Positions 1-9,370 of a stretch of DNA of 64,000 nt are shown here, piece by piece (positions within the stretch are counted from its first letter, which is position 1; each line of letters starts with the position of its first letter). The position numbers were made by a program, and so were the translations under genes. The stretch is from NCBI GenBank assembly GCA_023397905.1, contig JAEWSZ010000009.1, positions 10,048 through 74,047 on the forward strand, written 5' to 3'. A model generated the notes under the pieces. It worked only from the letters and a program-made list of their open reading frames with translations, had not been told where the DNA came from and ran no database searches. Origin of the DNA: Bacillota bacterium. Its GTDB lineage: Bacteria > Bacillota > Clostridia > Acetivibrionales > DSM-1351.

Positions 1-38
1 AATTAAAGCTTTACGTTTATATTAAATTTTATCTAGTC

Positions 39-1847
39 TCAATCCAATTTCAGCACGCTCATAAAGGCCTCCTGGGGCACTTCCACCGAACCTACCTGGC
101 GCATGCGCTTCTTTCCTTCCTTTTGTTTTTCCAGCAGCTTTTTCTTTCTGGTGATGTCACCGCCATAGCACTTGGCCAGAACATCTTTCCTGAAAGCCTT
201 AACTGTTTCGCGGGCTATAATCTTGCCTCCTATGCAGGCCTGAATTGGTATTTCGAACATCTGCCTGGGTATGGATTCCTTCAGCTTTTCGGCCATTCTT
301 CTGCCCCTGGTTACCGCTTTTTCTCTATGGACGATAAAGGACAGGGCGTCTACAATTTCGCTGTTCAGCATTATATCCAGCTTTACCAGATCCGATTCCC
401 TGTAGCCCATAAGTTCATAATCAAAGGAGGCATAGCCCTTTGTTCTGGATTTCAATGCGTCAAAGAAGTCATAAATTATTTCATTCAAAGGCATTTCATA
501 GGTCAGCATGGCCCTGCCCTCATCAATATAGGACATGTCCCTGTATACGCCCCTGCGCTCCTGTGCCAGCTCCATTATGTTGCCCACATACTCGGTGGGA
601 ACCATGATTGTGGCCTTTACTATTGGCTCTTCCATCATGCCGATCTCCGTGACCGGTGGAAGATTAGTCGGGTTATCTATTGTGATCACATCTCCGCTTG
701 TGTTTGTGATCTTGTAAATAACGCTGGGAGCCGTGGTGACCAGGTCAAAATTATATTCCCTCTCAAGCCGCTCCTGAATGATTTCCATATGCAAAAGCCC
801 CAGAAAGCCGCATCTGAAACCGAAGCCCAGCGCTACTGAGGATTCGGGCTCAAAGGTCAGCGCCGCATCATTTAATTGCAGCTTTTCAAGAGCATCTCTC
901 AAGTCCCCGTATTTCGAGCCATCGGCAGGATATATTCCGCAGAAAACCATGGAATTTACCTTTTTGTAACCGGGTAAAGGCTCTTTTGCCGGATTGTCCA
1001 CCAGTGTTATAGTGTCCCCCACCCTGGTGTCGCGGACATTTTTAATGCTCGCCGCAATATACCCCACATCGCCGGCTCTGAGCTCATCTGCCGGTGAAAG
1101 TCCTCCGGGTCTGAGATAACCCAGTTCTGTTACCAGAAATTGCTTTTTTGTGTACATCATCCGGATGGTGTCACCGGTTTTAACGGCCCCCTCCTTGACC
1201 CTCATATATACTATTACACCCTTGTAGCTGTCATAAAAGGAGTCGAAAATCAAGGCGCGCAGCGGTGCGTCTTCATCTCCCTCGGGACAGGGGATCATAT
1301 TCACAACCTTTTCAAGCACCTCTTCGATATTGATACCGTTTTTTGCGGAAACCATGGGCGCCTCAGAAGCATCAAGGCCTATAACATCCTCTATCTCCTT
1401 TTTAACCACATCTGGCTGCGCACTGGGCAGGTCTATTTTATTTATGACGGGCATTATTTCCAGATTGTGCTCCAGAGCCAGGTAGACATTTGCCAGTGTC
1501 TGGGCCTCTATGCCCTGGGCAGCGTCAACTACCAGGATTGCGCCTTCACAGGCGGCCAGGCTTCTTGACACCTCATAGTTAAAGTCCACATGACCTGGAG
1601 TGTCAATAAAGTTGTAAATATACTCGTGCCCGTCAGGCGCTTTATACACCATTCTCACCGCCTGGGCTTTTATGGTGATGCCGCGCTCCCTCTCAAGCTC
1701 CATGTTGTCCAGGACCTGTTCCTGCATTTCCCTTGAGGTCAGAACTCCTGTCTTCTCAAGCAGCCTGTCTGCAAGGGTTGACTTTCCGTGGTCTATATGT
1801 GCGATAATACAGAAATTTCTTATATATTTTTGTCTTTCACTAGGCAT
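39..1847 (-). CDS. lepA: Elongation factor 4 (translation GTPase LepA)
   Basis: [28 protein letters not shown] and C-terminal [24 protein letters not shown]. Start moved to the ATG at 1847, which follows a GGAGG RBS (track start 1874). Confidence 0.98.
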   Translation of the reverse strand: MPSERQKYIRNFCIIAHIDHGKSTLADRLLEKTGVLTSREMQEQVLDNMELERERGITIKAQAVRMVYKAPDGHEYIYNFIDTPGHVDFNYEVSRSLAACEGAILVVDAAQGIEAQTLANVYLALEHNLEIMPVINKIDLPSAQPDVVKKEIEDVIGLDASEAPMVSAKNGINIEEVLEKVVNMIPCPEGDEDAPLRALIFDSFYDSYKGVIVYMRVKEGAVKTGDTIRMMYTKKQFLVTELGYLRPGGLSPADELRAGDVGYIAASIKNVRDTRVGDTITLVDNPAKEPLPGYKKVNSMVFCGIYPADGSKYGDLRDALEKLQLNDAALTFEPESSVALGFGFRCGFLGLLHMEIIQERLEREYNFDLVTTAPSVIYKITNTSGDVITIDNPTNLPPVTEIGMMEEPIVKATIMVPTEYVGNIMELAQERRGVYRDMSYIDEGRAMLTYEMPLNEIIYDFFDALKSRTKGYASFDYELMGYRESDLVKLDIMLNSEIVDALSFIVHREKAVTRGRRMAEKLKESIPRQMFEIPIQACIGGKIIARETVKAFRKDVLAKCYGGDITRKKKLLEKQKEGKKRMRQVGSVEVPQEAFMSVLKLD

Positions 1848-1913
1848 TCGCTGTCCTCCACCAATATAAATCAAAAACAGCCCCTTAGCGGGACTTCTCG
1901 TTAATCTTTCATG

Positions 1914-1942
1914 ATTATATCATAGAGTAGTATACCCTGCAA
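1914..1942 (-). promoter_or_regulatory. Probable sigma-A promoter of lepA
   Basis: Minus strand TTGCAG-17 nt-TATAAT with an extended -10 TG. Confidence 0.6.
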
Positions 1943-2095
1943 GGAGGCGGGATACGGCATAAAATCTTTAATATTCCGGACGGGTCGGACCCGGGGTCAG
2001 GATAAAAAATTTAAGGAGACAGGCCTCGCCATGAATTGGGCCTTTCAGCCCTTCATAGCCGCTCCTGTCCCCTGTATTTTGGCTTCAGTTTACTC

Positions 2096-3607
2096 TTACT
2101 CCGTCAAGGATGTGATCTGCCAGGCTTCCTGCTGCTGTGCATTTTCAACCGTAACTATTGTTTTGGAATCCGGTACTTTTCCGGCGGACGTTGCCCAGTG
2201 GAATATGATATTGTAGGTTTTTTTACTCTCGGTCTTCTGTTCATACACATCGTAACCGGTTATCCATGGGCTGGAAACACCCGTAACCCAGTTCATATCC
2301 TCAAACCCGGCCTTTAACTCCGCTCTCAATTCCTCGGACATCAGCGCATACTGAATGGCTCCCTGTCTTTGGGACGCGGCCTGTGCATACATATTAACAC
2401 ATTCCTCTGCCGAGCCCGGCAAAACAAAATTTACAATTTGCTCTTCAAACCGGCCGGCCTCTCCCGAAGCTTTAAATATCCTCAGAATGTCGTCATAATA
2501 GAACACATTCTCCTTTAAAACCTGCGAAAAATATTCAACCGGCACATAGGTCCGACCGCCGATTATTTGTGGAGGCATGTCAAGCTGAGTCTTCTCTGAG
2601 TTGGCGGTATAATAGCTGTTAACATTGTTTTTCAGGTAGCCGCCTGCCACACCGGCGCCTTTTTGGGGATCCCAGGTAACTTCATAGCCCAGGTCCTCAG
2701 CAATGCTTCTAAGAGGCACCATATAGGTATAATACTGAATGACCTTTTTATCGCCAAGCATGCCATAGATCGGCTCTTCATGGATTTTTAACTGAGTTTC
2801 CCTGCTTGTGCCGTTGAATCTTGTCTGTTCAAGAGCTTCCGCATTGAACATTTGAAGGTATATGTCGTCTTTCAGAAGTCCCTTCAATTCTGTATAATCC
2901 AGTTCAAAAAACGGCATTCCACCCGCATAAGGCCTTAATTCATACAGGTCAAAATATATTACGAGCTTATTTCCGTCCATATAGAACTTAAAATCGCCGT
3001 TTTTATCCTTTACCGTCTGCTTGGCCTCTTCAAAATAGAGGTCCTTTTCTTTATCTATCAACGCGTTGATTTTATCCGGGATTAGCTCTTTGTACTTGCT
3101 GTTCTGGTTAAACAGCGAATCAAAGGTATATATTTCACCGGTCTTTGTATTAACCGTATAGCTTTCCACATAGCTTATTCCATGTGCTCCGCCCGAATAT
3201 TCATATGTATTTATTTCAAAGGACAAAATATCTCCGCTGAAATTGTAGTCAAAATACGAATTCAGGGAAGCGACAGCACTGGGAGCAGGCTCTCCCGCTT
3301 CATTCAGGCTGTCTTTTAATTCTTTCAGACCTGCGGATATATTATTTATATACCCTATTGAATCTATATTTTTATTACGGACGATATCATTCAATTTTTC
3401 CGCCGAGCTAAAGCCGCTGAAATATGGATAGGTAATTTTAATTGAGCAATTTTTTTCATCTTTTGCTATCTCTTTTGCTTCAACTTTTACTTCCGGTTTT
3501 ACTTTCGCCTCCGATCCGGCTCCCGCATTATCGGCGCCCGCTCCGGCTGTAAGAAATGCCACCGTAAATACAATTGCTGTTAACATTAGTAATAAAGTTT
3601 TTCTCAT
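2096..3607 (-). CDS. Secreted protein: DUF4163/DUF3298 (RsiV/PdaC-like) domains, copper-amine-oxidase-N-like domain and conserved C-terminal domain
   Basis: Signal peptide MRKTLLLMLTAIVF...AGA; YEYSGGAHG and FYMDGNKLVIYFDLYELRPYAGGMP (DUF3298-like); MVPLRSIAEDLGYEVTW...GRTYVPV (Cu-amine oxidase N-like). Confidence 0.75.
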   Translation of the reverse strand: MRKTLLLMLTAIVFTVAFLTAGAGADNAGAGSEAKVKPEVKVEAKEIAKDEKNCSIKITYPYFSGFSSAEKLNDIVRNKNIDSIGYINNISAGLKELKDSLNEAGEPAPSAVASLNSYFDYNFSGDILSFEINTYEYSGGAHGISYVESYTVNTKTGEIYTFDSLFNQNSKYKELIPDKINALIDKEKDLYFEEAKQTVKDKNGDFKFYMDGNKLVIYFDLYELRPYAGGMPFFELDYTELKGLLKDDIYLQMFNAEALEQTRFNGTSRETQLKIHEEPIYGMLGDKKVIQYYTYMVPLRSIAEDLGYEVTWDPQKGAGVAGGYLKNNVNSYYTANSEKTQLDMPPQIIGGRTYVPVEYFSQVLKENVFYYDDILRIFKASGEAGRFEEQIVNFVLPGSAEECVNMYAQAASQRQGAIQYALMSEELRAELKAGFEDMNWVTGVSSPWITGYDVYEQKTESKKTYNIIFHWATSAGKVPDSKTIVTVENAQQQEAWQITSLTE

Positions 3608-3630
3608 GGCTTCAGACCCTCTCTTTTATC

Positions 3631-3791
3631 AGTGATCTGTAACATCTAAATTCATATATTGCCGGTGGTTAAATTTCCCCAGGACGTCGTTGTCGTCAGT
3701 TGAAATAAAGCGATTATTCCGCCCTCCTCCGCCTAGTCCTGAGAAAACTTTCCTCACCGGGCAATATGCGTTTTAGATGTTACAGATCACT
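3631..3791. mobile_element. 161-bp miniature inverted-repeat element, family A, full-length copy
   Basis: Perfect 20-bp terminal IR AGTGATCTGTAACATCTAAA...TTTAGATGTTACAGATCACT, extending imperfectly to about 55 bp. A deleted second copy lies at 26973-27045. Confidence 0.8.
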
Positions 3792-3825
3792 AGTAATTAT
3801 CTTCTGAAATAATAGCATAATACGA

Positions 3826-3852
3826 AGATGCAATGGTGACAAAAAGGTTACA
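3826..3852 (-). promoter_or_regulatory. Candidate ECF-sigma promoter for the RsiV-like secreted protein
   Basis: Minus strand TGTAAC-16 nt-CATCT, resembling the AAC/CGTC promoters of the sigV/X/W type. Confidence 0.45.
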
Positions 3853-3865
3853 TATTTCGCCGTTT

Positions 3866-4138
3866 TCAGCTGAATAAGGCTTTGATATTGTCAATATTCC
3901 TTTTCAGGTATTTTAAATTCAAGTCAAATTTGCCGTTTAATACTGAGATCCTGTACAAATCATTTCCCACAGCCTCAACCTCAAATATTTCAAATCTCCT
4001 CTGACCGTAAAACACATAGCTTTTACTTATGTCCACAGCCAGCAGCCCTCCTGTCAGAATGGCGATAAAGAGCACAACCACAATAAATATTTTTAAATTA
4101 TACAATCTGCGCTGCCTGAATCTTATTTTCCTGGCCAA
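3866..4138 (-). CDS. Small single-pass membrane protein downstream of spoIIP (occupies the yqxA position)
   Basis: TTG at 4138 follows a GGAGG RBS; basic N-terminus then a hydrophobic helix IFIVVVLFIAILTGGLLAV. Track start 4222 is probably too long. Confidence 0.65.
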   Translation of the reverse strand: MARKIRFRQRRLYNLKIFIVVVLFIAILTGGLLAVDISKSYVFYGQRRFEIFEVEAVGNDLYRISVLNGKFDLNLKYLKRNIDNIKALFS

Positions 4139-4253
4139 ACGACCTACCTCCAAACCTTCCAAAAGCCGTTGACAGCTTTTGATATGCGGGTAATCGGTAT
4201 TGGCAAAGTGCGCTGCCCGCATTTTATTATTTTTGACCGGCAGCCCTTTATTT

Positions 4254-4270
4254 AATCATAAAGTCAATTA
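4254..4270. repeat. Terminal remnant of family B inverted-repeat element
   Basis: AATCATAAAGTCAATTA is the exact 17-bp reverse complement of 24169-24185. Confidence 0.45.
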
Positions 4271-4278
4271 TTGATCTA

Positions 4279-5562
4279 TTATTTGTTCTTATATACGACA
4301 TCATTTATGGCCTGGGCAAGGTAAGACGTACTCCGCACACATTCGTCTATGACGTTTCCGTCTCCCCCTATTTCTATCAGTACGGAACCGTTGGTCAATT
4401 GCTGATTGTACCTGCTGTTGCTTATGTAAGTGGGTTTTGCAAGGCCGGGGGCGATTTCATTCAGTCTGGACTGGATTTTGAGCGCAAGCTTGAGATTGTC
4501 TTCCCAGTTGGGATTGCTCAGCTTGGCGTCGGTGCCGATGACAAACATGATCTGCGCCACGTCTTTTCCGTTTATTTTCTTTACCACCCGCAGCTTCTTG
4601 TCTCCGGCAGCATCTCTGTGCAAATCAATGGTCATTTTCAGGGAAGGATACTTTTTGACATAGTCTGTCAGGGTAACCAGCGATTTTGTGTATGAGCTGT
4701 TGTAATCCTTATCGTGTATGGTGGTATTGTGGAGGACGTTTATATTATATTTTTTCAGGTTGTCAATCAAGGCGTTTCCCACCCGGACGACATTATACCT
4801 GTTGTCCGTGGTCCTTGACGGAAGCTTGTTGTTGCCGATTTCGCCGGTATTTTCCAAAAAGCTCTCTGTGGTATGGGTATGGTATACGAATATCTGCGGG
4901 CCGGTCTTGCTGGGATTTAGTTTTAACGGTTCTTTCAGCAATTTATTTATATCTATCTTGTATTTTGTTTCATTTACTACCTTAATAGTGCCGTTGGTGA
5001 CCACTGGATTGTTTTGCTGATCGGAATTCTGCACGTCTCCTTCAAAGGTTATACTGCTTGAGGCCTCTTTGAAAGCTCCTCCCGCAGTCCCTGCAGCCGT
5101 GGTTTTACCGGTATCGCTTCCTGTTTCAGCCTCCGGAGCTTTGATCTGAGCCGGATTGGCTTCTCCTGTTGAGACAGTCCCGCTTTCCAGTTTTTCTTTT
5201 TCCTGCTGTGCAACGTAATCAAGATATCCGTTTTTGTAAAAAAGCTTAAAGTACGGATAATTTGCATTTAAAATAGTGATTGGATTATAGCGGTCCATGC
5301 CCGCCACCTTAAACATAATATCTTTTGCAAAACCAAAGGAATCGTCATTCTTACCTGATGAATCCGCCTGCGAGGTCCCGCCTCCAAAATTCAGAGCGCC
5401 GATGTCTATACGTCCGTTAGCGGCTTTAAAGGCAAGCCCTCCCAGCAGGATTCCCGCAACGGCGCACAGGATTATGGGCAATCTGGTAAAATTCCCCCTG
5501 CCCCCTTCAAGATTTGTACCGTCATATAATGAATTTCTTTGAATTCTCGCTGTTTCTCTCAT
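4279..5562 (-). CDS. spoIIP: Stage II sporulation protein P (engulfment amidase/endopeptidase)
   Basis: N-terminal TM helix; motifs YHTHTTESF, IDLHRDA, SRYNQQL and LIEIGGDGN; lies upstream of lepA. Confidence 0.92.
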   Translation of the reverse strand: MRETARIQRNSLYDGTNLEGGRGNFTRLPIILCAVAGILLGGLAFKAANGRIDIGALNFGGGTSQADSSGKNDDSFGFAKDIMFKVAGMDRYNPITILNANYPYFKLFYKNGYLDYVAQQEKEKLESGTVSTGEANPAQIKAPEAETGSDTGKTTAAGTAGGAFKEASSSITFEGDVQNSDQQNNPVVTNGTIKVVNETKYKIDINKLLKEPLKLNPSKTGPQIFVYHTHTTESFLENTGEIGNNKLPSRTTDNRYNVVRVGNALIDNLKKYNINVLHNTTIHDKDYNSSYTKSLVTLTDYVKKYPSLKMTIDLHRDAAGDKKLRVVKKINGKDVAQIMFVIGTDAKLSNPNWEDNLKLALKIQSRLNEIAPGLAKPTYISNSRYNQQLTNGSVLIEIGGDGNVIDECVRSTSYLAQAINDVVYKNK

Positions 5563-5822
5563 ATCAGACCTCCGTCACAACTGGCTTGCAGCAGTTTTAT
5601 ACCTTTCATTACATCATATAAATAAAGTTATAAAACTATATTCAAAATTAAAAAAAATATTACTGGCTTGTACACAAACCTGACCGTATTGGGAAGGGTA
5701 ATCTTTATTTATATGGGAAATACTGTAATATTATTAGTAATTGCTTATATGTTTTTGTTCTAAAAACAGGTACAAAAGCATATATCTAAGAATATACTTA
5801 TTTTAAGAACGGAGGGACGATT

Positions 5823-6023
5823 TTGAATTTCCGCACTATAAAATGTTGCATTTGTAATAGCGTTTTGTTGAACCTTCCCGAAGAAGAGCTTAAGAAGCTG
5901 AACAATATTTCATTGAGATGCGAAAGCTGCGGTCAGAGACTCATTCTGGACGGAAATGCAGTTACAAAAGCAGTAAGCGCCGAACCACTTCAAAATATTT
6001 TCAAGTATGATTTTAACATATAA
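5823..6023 (+). CDS. Small zinc-ribbon protein (66 aa)
   Basis: GGAGG RBS before the TTG start; two CxxC pairs (CCIC, CESC); terminator downstream. Confidence 0.7.
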   Translation: MNFRTIKCCICNSVLLNLPEEELKKLNNISLRCESCGQRLILDGNAVTKAVSAEPLQNIFKYDFNI

Positions 6024-6030
6024 AAAGATA

Positions 6031-6072
6031 TTATAAAGTCAATTACGACTTTCAGCCCATAGTAATTGACTT
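6031..6072. repeat. Family B element, internally deleted copy (reverse orientation)
   Basis: Reverse complement AAGTCAATTACTATGGGCTGAAAGTCGTAATTGACTTTATAA equals the left end plus right end of 18291-18446. Confidence 0.75.
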
Positions 6073-6088
6073 GCGCATGGATTGGTGC

Positions 6089-6135
6089 AAGGGAAAGGAA
6101 TGCCGCGGCAAAACGGCAGGACTTTCCCTTTTGTT
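6089..6135 (+). terminator. Intrinsic terminator after the zinc-ribbon gene
   Basis: AAGGGAAAG...TGCCG/CGGCA...CTTTCCCTT hairpin followed by a T-rich tract. Confidence 0.6.
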
Positions 6136-6182
6136 ATTTCACCCATATTTAAATATTTAACATTTCTGCCATATTATAATTA

Positions 6183-6222
6183 TTAAGAAATTCGTAAGAA
6201 AATTATCAACCGCTTTGTAAGA
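6183..6222 (+). promoter_or_regulatory. Candidate OmpR-family direct-repeat binding site upstream of the TCS
   Basis: TTAAGA-N5-GTAAGA, a third GTAAGA at 6217, then a -10-like TACTAT/TATAAC near 6232-6240. Confidence 0.45.
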
Positions 6223-6354
6223 AGGCTTTGATACTATAACCATCAGGATGGTGTTTTCTGTAAAAACAATGCGCATGTGCAGCAGAAAAATATTAATAAG
6301 ATGGATGTGATATAATGTTAAGAACTATAAAACGCTTCTATCGGAGGTTTTGCC

Positions 6355-7044
6355 GTGAATATTCTGGTTTGTGACGACGAAAAGGAAATTGTGGACGCTA
6401 TTGAAATATATCTCAAAAATGAAGGGTATACGGTACTTAAAGCATTCAACGGAGCAGAAGCTCTGGATTTATTCAGCAGGACCGACGATATAAAGCTCGT
6501 AATAATGGATATTATGATGCCGGTAATGGATGGTATAAAGGCCACAATGAAAATACGCGAAAAGTATAACATCCCCGTTCTTATGCTCAGCGCCAAATCG
6601 GAGGATACAGATAAAATAATAGGTCTCAATCTGGGGGCCGACGATTATGTCACAAAACCCTTCAATCCCCTGGAATTGATAGCCCGCGTAAAATCCCTTT
6701 TGAGAAGGTATGTCTCTCTGGGCAGTTTTGTGCCCAACACCGGCATTTTCAAAACAGGCGGCCTTGTTATTGACGATACGGCGAAAGAGGTTAAAGTGGA
6801 CAATGAGATTGTACGCCTTACACCGGTTGAGTATAAAATTTTAAAGCTGCTCTGCGAAAATGCCGGAAGAGTTTTTTCAATAGACCAGATTTATGAACAA
6901 GTGTGGAACGAGCCTTCTTTTAGTCCGGAGAACACTGTAGCGGTCCATATCAGAAGGATCCGGGAAAAAATTGAAATCAATCCTAAAGAGCCAAAATATT
7001 TAAAGGTGGTGTGGGGAATTGGATACAAAGTTGAAAAATTATAA
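6355..7044 (+). CDS. OmpR/PhoB-family response regulator
   Basis: Receiver domain (CDDE, MDIMMP, GADDYVTKPF) plus winged helix (VAVHIRRIREKIE, VVWGIGYK). Confidence 0.95.
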   Translation: MNILVCDDEKEIVDAIEIYLKNEGYTVLKAFNGAEALDLFSRTDDIKLVIMDIMMPVMDGIKATMKIREKYNIPVLMLSAKSEDTDKIIGLNLGADDYVTKPFNPLELIARVKSLLRRYVSLGSFVPNTGIFKTGGLVIDDTAKEVKVDNEIVRLTPVEYKILKLLCENAGRVFSIDQIYEQVWNEPSFSPENTVAVHIRRIREKIEINPKEPKYLKVVWGIGYKVEKL

Positions 7045-9289
7045 ATATTCGGTATGGCTAAAGCTGCTCGCCTTTTTATTGTGTATAGCGGGAACGTTGT
7101 CCATTGCCTATGGTTTTTTAAATGTCTCATATTTTGAAGACGCAATCCAGAATACGGATTTTAAGGAAAGCATAACCGGCAAGAGCACGTTCAGGCAGGC
7201 TTATTCCAATATTGCCAGCCTGGCGTTCATATATAAAAACGAAGAGAACATTAAGTCAGGCGGAGCCATAGATCAATCGGTTATCGAAAGCAGAACATTG
7301 GATCTGAATAATGAAAGAGCCTCCAAAATTCAGGAGGTTGAAGAAAACTATAACCAGCTGATGATCCAGGCCGTGGCAGGTGAAGAAGATACTCAAAGCT
7401 CCGGCGGTAACGCTCCCAAGGAAAGCTCTGACGTCGGGAACAGGCTCGACACTCTGAAGAAGCAGAAAGAAGCAGAAACTAAAGAAATCAATGATAAATA
7501 TGACCAGTTGCTCAAAAATGTGAAGACCGATTATATTAACGAGCAGTTATCAAATTATCACTCCATTGATGAAGCCTTGAAACAGAGGGAAGATATTTTT
7601 TACACCGTAGTGGAAAACGGAAAGGCCACCCTGACGAATATACCTGAAGGCAGTTCCGCCGATACTTTTTACAATGAACTTTCCTATTCCGTACAGCTTA
7701 ACGAGAATAATTTCCAGACATTTTTCAGCCCGTACGGTTATAGCATATCCGATGTTCCTCCCGCCAATACCGCTGTCTATTTAGGTATGCCCCAGCAGAT
7801 ATACGACCGGGAGCTCACAGTTTTTAATTCTAACTCCCAGAAAGGCCTGTTTGGTATTAAAATCTCCTCAGCGGGCCTGCTGGCTCTCCTTGCAGGGTTC
7901 ATATACCTGATATATGCCTCGGGAAGACGGCCTGACAAGGATGGAGTTCACCTTATAGCCATAGATGTGATTTATATTGATATTGCATTGGCTGTGACCA
8001 TAGTAGCAGTTGTGCTGTGTCTTGCACCATTTTTTGAATTCGGCTCATCCATCCAGAGAGAAGACCTGCAGCACTACAATATCAGCATCATATACTCGTT
8101 TTTCGGCGTTATAATAGCTGCAGCCACCTCGATCACCCTGCTGTTTGTAACAATGTTTGTAAAAAGGCTTAAAAGGCATGAAGCCATAAAGTATACCCTT
8201 ATTTACAAAGTATTCATATGGATAATCGGAAAAATTAAAAGCATTTATAATCACACTTTCAGGAAACTCCATTCCGTATTTGACAGGAGCCCGGCGGCAG
8301 TACGGTTAGTACTGATTTTTGGAGCGTATGCCCTCATAACCTTCATATCCTTCCTGCTGTTTCTGACGGGATCTTCGGGCGTCATGATGGGTTTTGCAGG
8401 AATAGTGGGCGTCAATATCTTTGCGATATACTACCTCTTAAAAACCTTTAAAACTTTCACGCAAATAAAGGATGGTGCTGAAAAAATCCGGTCCGGAGAG
8501 CTGTCCCACAACATACCCGAGCAGGGAATCATAGAATTCAGACAGCTTTCCGCCACAATCAACAAAATAGCCGATGGACTCAAAAATGCCGTCGGAAGCC
8601 AGGTCAAGGCGGAGCGTATGAAAGCGGAGCTTATTACAAACGTATCTCACGATTTGAAAACGCCCTTGACTTCGATCATAACCTATGTGGATTTGCTCAA
8701 AACAGAAGGTCTGAATTCGGAAAATGCGGATAAGTATTTAGGAATCATCGATTCCAAATCCCAGCGGCTCAAGAGCCTGACCGAAGATCTGTTTGAAGCG
8801 GCCAAAGCCACCAGCGGAAATATAACTGTAAATTCGGAAAGATTAAATGTCGCTTCATTGATAAGCCAGGGACTTGGAGAACTTTCGGATAAAATCGAGG
8901 AATCCGGTCTGACCTTCAAAACTTCCATGCCCGCCGAAAATCTATATGTTACCGCAGATGGAAAGCTTCTATGGAGAGTTGTGGAAAATCTGTTGTCAAA
9001 CGTTTTCAAATACGCCCTTCCAAATTCCAGGGTATATATCAATGTCGAAAACTATGAAGAAAAAGTGGATATTGTGATTAAAAATATTTCTGCCTATGAA
9101 TTAAACATAAAGGAAGAAGAACTTATGGAGCGTTTTAAAAGAGGCGACGCCTCCCGCCACAGCGAGGGCTCAGGTCTGGGGCTTTCAATAGCCAAAAGCC
9201 TTACCGAACTTCAGGGTGGTATTTTTTCCATTAAAATAGACGGTGATCTGTTCAAGGCAACAGTATCGCTGCCAAGGCAGGTAAATTAA
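7019..9289 (+). CDS. Membrane sensor histidine kinase (multi-TM, HAMP, HisKA, HATPase)
   Basis: H-box ITNVSHDLKTPLT, N-box ENLLSNVFKY, G-box GSGLGLSIA; overlaps the regulator's 3' end. Confidence 0.95.
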   Translation: MDTKLKNYKYSVWLKLLAFLLCIAGTLSIAYGFLNVSYFEDAIQNTDFKESITGKSTFRQAYSNIASLAFIYKNEENIKSGGAIDQSVIESRTLDLNNERASKIQEVEENYNQLMIQAVAGEEDTQSSGGNAPKESSDVGNRLDTLKKQKEAETKEINDKYDQLLKNVKTDYINEQLSNYHSIDEALKQREDIFYTVVENGKATLTNIPEGSSADTFYNELSYSVQLNENNFQTFFSPYGYSISDVPPANTAVYLGMPQQIYDRELTVFNSNSQKGLFGIKISSAGLLALLAGFIYLIYASGRRPDKDGVHLIAIDVIYIDIALAVTIVAVVLCLAPFFEFGSSIQREDLQHYNISIIYSFFGVIIAAATSITLLFVTMFVKRLKRHEAIKYTLIYKVFIWIIGKIKSIYNHTFRKLHSVFDRSPAAVRLVLIFGAYALITFISFLLFLTGSSGVMMGFAGIVGVNIFAIYYLLKTFKTFTQIKDGAEKIRSGELSHNIPEQGIIEFRQLSATINKIADGLKNAVGSQVKAERMKAELITNVSHDLKTPLTSIITYVDLLKTEGLNSENADKYLGIIDSKSQRLKSLTEDLFEAAKATSGNITVNSERLNVASLISQGLGELSDKIEESGLTFKTSMPAENLYVTADGKLLWRVVENLLSNVFKYALPNSRVYINVENYEEKVDIVIKNISAYELNIKEEELMERFKRGDASRHSEGSGLGLSIAKSLTELQGGIFSIKIDGDLFKATVSLPRQVN

Positions 9290-9370
9290 CCGGCTGATGC
9301 ATTGTGGAATTGTATGGGTGCTTGATAGTATGAATTGAAGGTATGAACGCTTAAAACCGGCTTTCATACC

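Noticed and set aside
2031..2056. CTTTCAGCCC as another family B copy
   Set aside because: Only a 10-bp match without the terminal repeat; it is part of a local hairpin downstream of the 2096 gene.
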